The translations under genes were made by a program, and so were the position numbers. Shown here one piece after another: positions 27,401 through 34,689 of a stretch of DNA of 45,335 nt. Location of the stretch: NCBI GenBank assembly GCA_964553365.1, contig CAZKKK010000001.1:1-45335 (forward strand), in the 5' to 3' direction. The number at the start of each line of letters is the position of its first letter. Within the stretch, counting starts at the first letter, position 1. This DNA comes from an uncultured Gammaproteobacteria bacterium (GTDB lineage: Bacteria > Patescibacteriota > Microgenomatia > UBA1406 > GWC2-37-13). The notes beneath the pieces are model-generated. The model ran no database searches and was not told where the DNA came from. It saw only the letters and a program-made list of their open reading frames with translations.

Positions 27401-28168
27401 TACCAAATCTTTTTCTGCCCCTTCATTGAAATGACCCGAAAAAATATGCTCCCAATTTTGATTGAATGCCGATTCTGCGGATCTCTCTTCCATTGCTCTT
27501 CTTTGGGATTCTTCATTTTGAACCATGTCTGTGCTTACTTCTTGAACACCAAACATCTTATTTGCATCCTTTTCTGCAATATTATTTTCTTTTGCATATT
27601 CAACGCCTGCTTTTTGAATTTTTCCAAATACATCGGCTGAGGCAGAATCAAAGTTTGCAACGGGAGCAATCTTCCGCACTTCTTCCGCGAGATTATCTAC
27701 TCCCACTTTCCCCTCGGTGATCGACTTCAATAGATCATAAAAATACGGAGCATTTTGATCGTTGATTTCTTCTAATCGTATATGGGAGCTTATTTTCTGA
27801 AGAAGCTTAGTGCTCTCAGGAGTGGGGATAGGAGCCTTTGGATCTTTCGGTGTGGGTTTATCAGCTGCAGGTATTTTTTCAGGAGTATTTCGTGCGGCAT
27901 AAAACATTTTTTGGATAAGCTCCGTTATTGAGTTTGCCTTCCCCCGCTCTGTTCCCGTATCATTCTTATCTCCCGATCCAAAATCATGTTGTCGTTTATT
28001 ATTTTGAATAAGATCGATCTCTATATTTTGCTTTATATCTGTCACCCATTTTCCCAGTCTCACAAATTCTTCCTTCAACTGCTCGGCAGATTGAGCTTTC
28101 ACTTTCTGCTCAATTTTCTGTTCAACAGCTGATGAGCCCGAATTGTTTTCCACAGAATTCTCTGCCAT
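24443..28168 (-). CDS. Giant (1241 aa) hypothetical protein, predicted tail-anchored
   Basis: It is a single uninterrupted ORF with no signal peptide and no P-loop (no GxxxxGK[ST]). The only hydrophobic helix is at the extreme C-terminus (YLPAFLLFILIAQI). It ends 6 nt upstream of the pilin-like gene. Confidence 0.8.
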   Translation of the reverse strand: MAENSVENNSGSSAVEQKIEQKVKAQSAEQLKEEFVRLGKWVTDIKQNIEIDLIQNNKRQHDFGSGDKNDTGTERGKANSITELIQKMFYAARNTPEKIPAADKPTPKDPKAPIPTPESTKLLQKISSHIRLEEINDQNAPYFYDLLKSITEGKVGVDNLAEEVRKIAPVANFDSASADVFGKIQKAGVEYAKENNIAEKDANKMFGVQEVSTDMVQNEESQRRAMEERSAESAFNQNWEHIFSGHFNEGAEKDLVKALYSPAKFVDYYEKIQAEEIKKDPSLDKTKIAQKASEQMEVKISLLFAKLYTRLDHESPKEFFQSIEQEDIMKGITPVKSELKRRITLLGTSLAPYQVELEKSGKEAPKFFQRLEQDTETVSVNVKGSLKPRPRFRTKLEAEEASGSHFAHYLDQIVDHYIEARRYTHNSRAVFLHPVDAQTGFYGQLAKFAAETSMLDFDQMMLLPDNDIFQSAFGLYNKMIEEGFAKNDWRHSAGMFTAQLNKHTTQIEGRVLEQLSAMFGDASEERLTAALTMAVGASRGMFLTEVEMAAHADPHLNETGGSTFTSYYHQDATALMAFNPQHLLARFAGGPNLLDPIFFLPVDSFKGSQAFTDHHALWDKAEKYKASFIKGREPLPEQTFFDKLNNIGLVGGPMQRKGWRTAWQLDSLYISDKVTNEKGQSYVKTNHLKTFQHLENIGYELLQDYVTKLGPHPKAGDDDLLKARSTFGMSKEQSALYEQKDALFKYIFEKYFDKDPKDLGKYMDKIRDAKRNEVLGKVRSGLSAPDDIEGEVEAAASFEFLDRMLARVIVKRLPSKIIRMDRDRLSPDGTSRYKKVMKDMGLEGESDKFDNIMTDMLLAEQMLRRDVSRQMYIKRDSGKPGEEWKYGEIDYEMNPDTIKALLGPLIAKGKMDQTRLNNVLKLFGHIQSNYIDFKYTTGPNKGKEFVDVDLVPFFKHGGAQERKSKYTIALDETDMSFIPFRGGGESVLARSLRDVAAVEKGVSEPITQLVKTLRDMAINGKKDFGPVIEIIQKVWGAMDGIIGFPYANELASNLASMTIMYMKKDTQARAMMGAFGIGRFNSMAAESVHRKTGVWEWDSSDIDRFITALEARNLVPGTPYNIASEPEKEPVYLTLPFLKKPMKMPEKISTSKLAGLLGGDSKTGKFKIPGIDKEFTIPDVPLFWKRKRNHAVWSKSLREKFGGTKNDMFFDILNKYLPAFLLFILIAQIKKAFENSEGKKK

Positions 28169-28230
28169 ACGTTCATTCTAGCACGAAAATGGATGTCAAA
28201 AAGAGAAGAATGCAAATACCCCTTGACAGA

Positions 28231-28404
28231 CTAGACTGGAGGTGTCTCCTTATTCAAAAAAGGTACCGTCTGGGAAAGGATATGAAATGAAAGGGACGAG
28301 TTCTGGATGAATTCATTGATGCCAAAACAGTTCCAACACGTAGACCGAGTCATAAAATACACGACTATGTCTAGTAAGACCAAGAACGGCAACAACAAAA
28401 GCAT
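28231..28404 (-). CDS. Possible small membrane protein
   Basis: An internal ATG of the 28231..28458 ORF gives MLLLLPFLVLLDIVVYFM..., 58 aa, downstream of jag. There is no supporting motif. Confidence 0.25.
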   Translation of the reverse strand: MLLLLPFLVLLDIVVYFMTRSTCWNCFGINEFIQNSSLSFHILSQTVPFLNKETPPV

Positions 28405-28426
28405 CAATGGATTCGCTTTTCTCTGG

Positions 28427-28909
28427 TTATTCCTGATTGGTTGCGGTTTGGGGAGCATTCTCCTTTAAGTCTATCACAAGCTGACGATCTCGTCCCTCTC
28501 CAACGGAGTAGCTCGCAAGATCTGGGAACTCGGCTGTGATGAGCTGGTGAATGATGCGTCTTTCATAAGAAGAAAGATCGCTGATATATCCGGCCATTTT
28601 GCTATCAAGTGTTTTCTGAGCATATTCCCGTGCCATTTCATTCAATCGTTCTGTCTGTTTTTCGCGATAATCATTGACATTGATAAGGAGTCGCACTGGT
28701 TCTTTGAATAATTGAAACAACATCACCTCAAGGATTTTCTGAAATGCTCTTACTGTGTCACCATGTCTTCCGATGAGGGAAGGGGCTTCTTCTGTCTTAA
28801 TCACGATTTGAAAGGCTCCAGCATCTTCTACGACTTCCAAAGTGTACTGAGACACGAGTTTTTTTAATAAAGCTTCTGTCTCTGTTCGCACTGTTTCTAT
28901 TTTTTCCAT
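28427..28909 (-). CDS. jag: Jag/KhpB RNA-binding protein (KH + R3H)
   Basis: It has the KH GxxG (IGRHGDTVRAF) and the R3H domain (SYERRIIHQLI...SYSVGEGRDRQLVI). It lies immediately downstream of yidC. Confidence 0.88.
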   Translation of the reverse strand: MEKIETVRTETEALLKKLVSQYTLEVVEDAGAFQIVIKTEEAPSLIGRHGDTVRAFQKILEVMLFQLFKEPVRLLINVNDYREKQTERLNEMAREYAQKTLDSKMAGYISDLSSYERRIIHQLITAEFPDLASYSVGEGRDRQLVIDLKENAPQTATNQE

Positions 28910-28939
28910 ATAATTTAAAAATTAATAATATTGATAATC

Positions 28940-29776
28940 TTATTTAGACTTGGAATTAAGTACTTTTGGACCTTTGGACTCTTTTTTGTGCAACTCGTAT
29001 TGGATTATACTAAACACAGAAAATATATTCCAATAAAGCGCCAATCCTGCAGGCATGCTAAGCGAAAACCATCCGATCATGAAAGGAAAGATGTATTTCA
29101 TTTGAGTGTTCATCGCTTTTTGAAAATCATCTCCGGCACCCTTTTCTTTCCCATCTTTCTTACTATCTATTTCCTTTGTTGGTTGTGGCGTCATCCCGGC
29201 AGTCGTACTGACCGTTTGGAAATACTGCAGGATTCCGGTGACAATGGGGATGAGATATGCAAAAACTGTTCCCATCTGTTTTGGAGTTGCCGCGAGGTTC
29301 ACTCCTAAAAACCATGCATCCAAGGTCTTAAAGTGCAGGAATGGAAAATAGAGAGTTTTGTTCAATGAAACGATTATCTTCGTGGTATCCGCAACGAAAA
29401 ACATCTGCAATGTTTGGTAGAGTGCGATAAAGACAGGAATTTGGATGATCATGAACAGACATCCGGAAGCAGGATTGATCCCCGCTTCTTGATAAAGACG
29501 CATCTGCTCTTCCTGAATTTTTTTCGAATCTCCCTTATGTTTTTTGGATAGATTGTCGATATGTGGCTTTATGTCCTGCATCTTCTTTGCGGAATCCATT
29601 TGCTGCTTAAAAAACGGATGAAGTAAAAGACGGATGGTAACGGTAAGTGCTACGATCGAAAAACCGAGTGTGCCTGGAACCTTAAGAAGAGAAAAGAGAT
29701 AGTGATATAACGCAAGCAAATTGACTATTGGATGCGCAAATACCGTGTTGAAAAATGCGATAAAAGGTTGGAACAT
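28940..29776 (-). CDS. yidC: Membrane protein insertase YidC (short, Gram-positive/Oxa1-like form)
   Basis: It shows the five-TM YidC/Oxa1 core: LLLHPFFKQQ, MRLYQEAGINPASGCLFMIIQIPVFIALY and PAGLALYWNIFSVFSIIQ. Confidence 0.92.
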   Translation of the reverse strand: MFQPFIAFFNTVFAHPIVNLLALYHYLFSLLKVPGTLGFSIVALTVTIRLLLHPFFKQQMDSAKKMQDIKPHIDNLSKKHKGDSKKIQEEQMRLYQEAGINPASGCLFMIIQIPVFIALYQTLQMFFVADTTKIIVSLNKTLYFPFLHFKTLDAWFLGVNLAATPKQMGTVFAYLIPIVTGILQYFQTVSTTAGMTPQPTKEIDSKKDGKEKGAGDDFQKAMNTQMKYIFPFMIGWFSLSMPAGLALYWNIFSVFSIIQYELHKKESKGPKVLNSKSK

Positions 29777-29803
29777 AAGTAAGGTAATTAGGCGAAATGA
29801 TTA

Positions 29804-29941
29804 TTAAACGGTCAAATTCTTTCTTCCCTTTGCTCGTCTTCGCGCGATAACCTTACGACCATCTGGAGTGGCCATGCGGGCTAAAAATCCATGTGTCTTT
29901 ACACGTTTTCCTTTTTTTGGCTGAAATGTTCTTTTTGGCAT
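29804..29941 (-). CDS. rpmH: 50S ribosomal protein L34
   Basis: It is not in the ORF track (under 60 aa). The reverse strand reads [45 protein letters not shown] followed by a stop. Confidence 0.93.
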   Translation of the reverse strand: MPKRTFQPKKGKRVKTHGFLARMATPDGRKVIARRRAKGRKNLTV

Positions 29942-29979
29942 ACGATTTAATAATATTAAATAATCAAGCTTACATTATA

Positions 29980-32106
29980 TCAAACCTTTCGCTGTAAAAC
30001 CGACTCATTTTCCCCATTGAATACTTGCCACAAAGCCTCGGTCTCAAAAGGAATGAAAGGATGAAGCATCACGACACATTCAAGGAACGCCTTTTCAAGG
30101 GTTTTTTGGACCTCGCTATTCCCTGCTTTGAGCTCTTCCTTAAGTTCTTCTATATATACATCTGCAAATCGATGCCATGTGAATGCATGGAGATCTCCCA
30201 ATACCTGCCCGAATTTGTATCCATCCATGTTTTTATGGTAGGTCTTTTTTACAGATTCAAGTTCTTTTATTAATTTAACTAGTTTGTCATTTTGAACTTT
30301 TGGCTTTGTACTATCAGCTTTTACTTCTGTCCTGTTCATATAGATGAATCGTCCGATATTCCAAAGCTTATTTCCGAAATTCCTCATCCCGATCATCTTC
30401 TCATCGGTAAGCACTACATCGCTTCCCTCTTTTGTCTCAAACATCAAGCTCGCTCGAAGCACATCAGCCCCGAATTTCTGTATCACCTCAAGTGGGTTCA
30501 CCACGTTTCCTTTGCTCTTGCTCATCTTCTGGCCATTCTTGTCCCGTACTAATCCATGGAGAAAAACCGTCTTGAAGGGAACTTTTCCCGTGACATGAAG
30601 ACCCAACATAAGCATGCGTGCAACCCAAGCTCGCAAAATATCGTGACCCGTTTCCATTACAGCCGTAGGATAAAAATGATTATACATTTCGCTACCCGAC
30701 GTCTGCAGAGTGACAAATGGCCACTGGCCTGAAGAAAACCACGTATCAAACGTGTCTTCATCTTGTTTAAAAAGTATGGACGAACAGTGTGGGCATTTTT
30801 CCGGCTTTTCAAGCGACACGAACCATCCCATTGCATGTCGACATATATCATTCTTCATTTCCACGCATTTATATGCCGGAATACGTATTCCCCAAACAAT
30901 TTGGCGGGATATATTCCAGTCGATGAAATTATCCAATATGCGAATGAGTTCTTTTTTGAAACGTTTTGGATATACTTCGACCTCTCCCTTTTTCACGGCT
31001 TCGATAGCCCTCGCTGCAAGTGGCTTGATTGAGATAAACCATTGCTCTTTAGGAAGTGGTTCAATAACCCGTTTGCAGCGATAACATCTGCCAACTCGGT
31101 GCATATGTTTTTTTTCTTCTCCAAGCAAATCCTTTTCTTTTAGAGAAAGAAGGACGGCTTCACGCGCTTTTGAAATTGAGAGACCGGCATATTCTCCGGC
31201 ATCTTTTGTCATTTTTCCATCAGTACCAATCACTTGGATGTTCATTAGGCCGTGTTTTTGCCCCATTTCCCAATCAGTATGATCATGAGAAGGGGTCACT
31301 TTCACCGCTCCGGTTCCAAACTTCATATCGACCGAATCATCAGCGATAATTTGGACTTCACGACCGATAAGTGGGACCATTGCATACTTCCCAATCAATT
31401 TTTTATAGCGTTTGTCTTTTGGATTGACCACTATCGCGGTGTCGCCAAGAAGTGTCTCAGGGCGAGTCGTTGCGACGGTGATTGAGCCATTTCCTTCGCG
31501 TAATGGATAGCGGATTTCCCAAAGAGTACCCTCTCTTTCTTCATAATCCACTTCAAGGTCGGAAAATGAGGTTCCGCAATTGACGCAATAATTCACCAGT
31601 TTTTTTGCACGATAGGTGAGTTTATCATCGAAGAGCTTCTTGAATGTGGTGTGGACGATTTTTACGATATTTTCATCCATCGGAAACTTTGGATTATCAT
31701 AATCAAGCCCAAATCCGAGTTTTTGGAGCTGATCCTTCATTATGTTCTTATTCTGTGAAACAAAATCATATATCATCTGGAACAGCACGTTTCGTTCAAA
31801 ATCAAATCTACTTTTCCCTTCTTTTTTCAGATGTTTTTCAAATACGAACTGGGTTTCAATCCCTGCATGGTCCGTGCCATACATCCATAAGGTGTTGTCT
31901 CCCTGCATCTTTCGATATCGGATCATTATGTCTTCATAGACCATCATCGCATGCCCTAAATGAAGATCTGCATTTGCGTTTGGTGGAGGAAGGATGATAC
32001 AAAACGGCTTTTTGTTCTTTTCGACGACGCCTTTGAAATATCCTTTTGATTCCCAAAATGAAGACAGTTTTTGCTCGAATAGAGCTGGTGTATACTTACT
32101 TTCCAT
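29980..32106 (-). CDS. valS: Valine--tRNA ligase
   Basis: The HIGH region is PPPNANADLHLGH and KMSKS is present (GQKMSKSKGNVV). TRPETLLGDTAIVVNP is the ValRS editing-domain signature. The track start at 32124 is a GTG. ATG 32106 gives MESKYTPALFEQK, which fits ValRS N-termini. Confidence 0.93.
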   Translation of the reverse strand: MESKYTPALFEQKLSSFWESKGYFKGVVEKNKKPFCIILPPPNANADLHLGHAMMVYEDIMIRYRKMQGDNTLWMYGTDHAGIETQFVFEKHLKKEGKSRFDFERNVLFQMIYDFVSQNKNIMKDQLQKLGFGLDYDNPKFPMDENIVKIVHTTFKKLFDDKLTYRAKKLVNYCVNCGTSFSDLEVDYEEREGTLWEIRYPLREGNGSITVATTRPETLLGDTAIVVNPKDKRYKKLIGKYAMVPLIGREVQIIADDSVDMKFGTGAVKVTPSHDHTDWEMGQKHGLMNIQVIGTDGKMTKDAGEYAGLSISKAREAVLLSLKEKDLLGEEKKHMHRVGRCYRCKRVIEPLPKEQWFISIKPLAARAIEAVKKGEVEVYPKRFKKELIRILDNFIDWNISRQIVWGIRIPAYKCVEMKNDICRHAMGWFVSLEKPEKCPHCSSILFKQDEDTFDTWFSSGQWPFVTLQTSGSEMYNHFYPTAVMETGHDILRAWVARMLMLGLHVTGKVPFKTVFLHGLVRDKNGQKMSKSKGNVVNPLEVIQKFGADVLRASLMFETKEGSDVVLTDEKMIGMRNFGNKLWNIGRFIYMNRTEVKADSTKPKVQNDKLVKLIKELESVKKTYHKNMDGYKFGQVLGDLHAFTWHRFADVYIEELKEELKAGNSEVQKTLEKAFLECVVMLHPFIPFETEALWQVFNGENESVLQRKV

Positions 32107-32114
32107 AGAATTGT

Positions 32115-32123
32115 ATTGTACCA
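32115..32123 (-). promoter_or_regulatory. Extended -10 (TGGTACAAT) 8 nt upstream of the valS ATG
   Basis: The reverse strand reads TGGTACAAT-ACAATTCT-ATG, with no Shine-Dalgarno between them. Confidence 0.4.
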
Positions 32124-32141
32124 CTAGTCGTTAATTTTATA

Positions 32142-32147
32142 TATAAT
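32142..32147 (+). promoter_or_regulatory. -10 box (TATAAT) 10 nt upstream of the DUF2298 gene ATG
   Basis: TATAATCACTTACTAT-ATG, within the 51-nt divergent spacer shared with valS. Confidence 0.35.
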
Positions 32148-32157
32148 CACTTACTAT

Positions 32158-34236
32158 ATGGACTGGATTTATCAAACATTGCAATGGTATTTTGCTCTTC
32201 TCTGCATCGGGGTTATTTTTTTTGGAATCACCAAAAAATTACTTTCCTCTTTCTTCGACCAAGGTTATGCATTTTCTAAGACGATTGGGATCATCATCCT
32301 CAGTTACACGGTTTTCCTCTTGGGGAACCTCCATATCGCGCCTTTTCACCTCACGACTCTCCTAGTTTGTCTATTTATTTATTTTCTCATTAGCTCCTAT
32401 TTTCAACGAAAGAATGCTAAGAAAATCCCCTGGCGCATCATCCTTTTTGAGGAGTTATTCTTCCTTGCCGCTTTATTTTTATGGACCTATGTTCGAGGCC
32501 AAGAGCCATCCATTCGGGGCCTGGAGAAGTTTATGGACTTTGGTTTCATGCAATCGATTTTGCGCACCACTTATTTCCCCCCGCTTGATATGTGGTATGC
32601 AAAACTTCCCATCAACTACTATTACTTTGGTCATTTGACGGGAGCGATACAGATAAAGCTCAGCGGTATACCTCCGGAAATAGGATACAACCTTATCCTT
32701 GCCACTATATTCGCACAGTCTATGGTCTCGACGTTCTCTCTGGTTACCCAGATCGTTTTTTCCTATGGGAAGAAGCTAAAAAACGCATTCATATTTGGTT
32801 TTATCGGTACATGGATCCTCAACTTCGGAGGAAACTTGCATACACTTTATTTATTTACCACAGGATACCCCGTTGATAAACCAGTTCCTTTTTGGGAAAT
32901 ACTAAGCTGGTATAACCCAACGAAATATTGGTATCCTAATGCTACCCGATTCATTCCCTTTACCATCCATGAATTCCCTTCTTATTCTTATGTGGTTGCA
33001 GATCTTCATGGACACGTATTCGATATCCTTTTCGTTCTCCTTACCCTCGCCATTCTTTTCATTTTCTTTACGTATAGAGATGAAAAAAGACGTTCGGGCC
33101 CCACTAACCACTATTCCCTCGTTGCGCTCCTCGGATTCATGGCCGCCATTCACTATATGACCAATGCATTTGATGGACCTATTTATATTCTCCTTACTAC
33201 GGCATTCTTGTTTTTGGTGTTCAAATTTTCTCGTACTTTTTTTATCCACATCGGCATTCTCATTGGTTCTTTCCTTCTTTTCTCAATGCCCTTCTCCATT
33301 CACTTCAAGCCATTTGTGACCGCGATAGGCATGAATTGTGCGCCTTCGTTCCTAGTCAATATCGGTAAAATAGGACCATTCATCTTTGAAAAAGGAAATT
33401 GCCAACCAGATGAGCTCTGGATGCTGTTCATACTTTGGGGTTTCTTCTTTATTTCTTTCCTCCTGTTCATTTGGGGAAAAGCCGCTGAAAAATATAAAGA
33501 ACACGCAACTGACGACTTCATCTTCGTATTATTTTCATTCGGCATGTTTCTTATCCTTATCCCTGAATTTTTCTACATTAAAGATATCTATCCTGCCCAT
33601 TTTCGTGCAAATACCATGTTTAAGTTGGGATACCAAGCATTCATGATGATGACGGTCGCTTCAACCTACACGTTCTTTGTCATTTCTCGTACCCATTCCC
33701 CCAGTAAAATCATAAAGAAAGCCATCTGGGTCATTCCTTTCCTTTTTGTGGGTGTATATATGTTTTATGCAGCACCATCCTACTATGGCTTACTAGATAA
33801 GACACCACAACTGAATGGATTCAAATGGCTTGTGTCCCAAAATTCCGATACTCAAGAAATAATAACCTATATGAATACACATATTACAGGCCAACCAGTC
33901 ATCCTTGAAGCTCAAGGTGATTCGTATACCGATTTTAATCATGTGAGCGCCTACACGGGCCTTCCAACTGTCGCTGGATGGTGGGTACATGAATGGTTGT
34001 GGAGAGGGAGTGCAGATGCTGTAGGGAAACGTATTCCCGATGTTGTTACACTCTACGAGTCGCAAGATCTAGGGAAAACAAAAGAGCTTATCAAAAAATA
34101 TGATATTAAATATATTATCGTCTCCTCACTCGAACGACAAAAGTATAAAGAGCTTCAGGAAGCCAAGTTCACGAAATTGGGTAAGAAAATATTTGAATCA
34201 AGTAATGGGTTTGGGGCTCTATATCAACTAAAATAA
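32158..34236 (+). CDS. DUF2298 ('YYY' domain) polytopic membrane protein, GT-C-like
   Basis: It is 692 aa with more than 12 TM helices. The PINYYYFGH motif is characteristic of the Chlor_Arch_YYY/DUF2298 family. It has a C-terminal soluble domain. Confidence 0.8.
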   Translation: MDWIYQTLQWYFALLCIGVIFFGITKKLLSSFFDQGYAFSKTIGIIILSYTVFLLGNLHIAPFHLTTLLVCLFIYFLISSYFQRKNAKKIPWRIILFEELFFLAALFLWTYVRGQEPSIRGLEKFMDFGFMQSILRTTYFPPLDMWYAKLPINYYYFGHLTGAIQIKLSGIPPEIGYNLILATIFAQSMVSTFSLVTQIVFSYGKKLKNAFIFGFIGTWILNFGGNLHTLYLFTTGYPVDKPVPFWEILSWYNPTKYWYPNATRFIPFTIHEFPSYSYVVADLHGHVFDILFVLLTLAILFIFFTYRDEKRRSGPTNHYSLVALLGFMAAIHYMTNAFDGPIYILLTTAFLFLVFKFSRTFFIHIGILIGSFLLFSMPFSIHFKPFVTAIGMNCAPSFLVNIGKIGPFIFEKGNCQPDELWMLFILWGFFFISFLLFIWGKAAEKYKEHATDDFIFVLFSFGMFLILIPEFFYIKDIYPAHFRANTMFKLGYQAFMMMTVASTYTFFVISRTHSPSKIIKKAIWVIPFLFVGVYMFYAAPSYYGLLDKTPQLNGFKWLVSQNSDTQEIITYMNTHITGQPVILEAQGDSYTDFNHVSAYTGLPTVAGWWVHEWLWRGSADAVGKRIPDVVTLYESQDLGKTKELIKKYDIKYIIVSSLERQKYKELQEAKFTKLGKKIFESSNGFGALYQLK

Positions 34237-34280
34237 CACCCTCCTTGACAAGCACAGAAAGGTGTGTTAAGTTATTCCTT

Positions 34281-34337
34281 GAGCATTACTACTCGTCGTC
34301 CCCTACATACGAGCGGTAGTGATGCTCCTTTTTTTTT
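34281..34337 (+). terminator. Rho-independent terminator
   Basis: GAGCATTACTAC-TCGT pairs with ACGA-(GCG bulge)-GTAGTGATGCTC, giving 12 + 4 bp with one G-U pair and a 12-nt loop. A C and then nine T (34329-34337) follow, 45 nt after the stop at 34236. Confidence 0.75.
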
Positions 34338-34340
34338 GCC

Positions 34341-34484
34341 TTATAATCTAAACGACTTCACGGGCACTCCTAAATGTTTCTTTACCAGACTCTTAAACTG
34401 AAAATTGGCGAAATCCACCATCTCTTTTCCTAGGCTGTTTATTTCTACCTTTGACTGCTGTTTGTAACGAATTGAAATCTTCAT
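34341..34484 (-). CDS. Possible 47-aa ORF
   Basis: The reverse strand reads MKISIRYKQQSKVEINSLGKEMVDFANFQFKSLVKKHLGVPVKSFRL then a stop. It ends next to the terminator hairpin. I found no motif, and it is below the ORF-track cutoff. Confidence 0.25.
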   Translation of the reverse strand: MKISIRYKQQSKVEINSLGKEMVDFANFQFKSLVKKHLGVPVKSFRL

Positions 34485-34666
34485 ACACAGACTATACAGA
34501 ACTCAAAACTTCCTGTCAAGCCCTATAGAAAAATACATATGTACTATAAGATATCCTATATTTATATATTCATAAATAATACCGTCCTGATAGGCTATAT
34601 ATAAAATGTGGATAACTAATATATGAATGTGTATATGTATATTATGATACAATTGCGCGATGTTTT

Positions 34667-34675
34667 TGCTATAAT
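34667..34675 (+). promoter_or_regulatory. Extended -10 (TGCTATAAT) 14 nt upstream of the ATG at 34690
   Basis: TTTTGCTATAATTTGAGCTATTCTTT-ATG at the end of a 453-nt AT-rich spacer. No Shine-Dalgarno is present. Confidence 0.4.
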
Positions 34676-34689
34676 TTGAGCTATTCTTT

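Noticed and set aside
24485-27720. About a dozen plus-strand ORFs of 60-151 aa inside the 1241-aa gene, plus a 92-aa minus-strand ORF in another frame (26221..26499).
   Set aside because: They are all short and mutually overlapping, either antisense to or out of frame with one uninterrupted 3.7-kb ORF. The single long frame is the more parsimonious reading.
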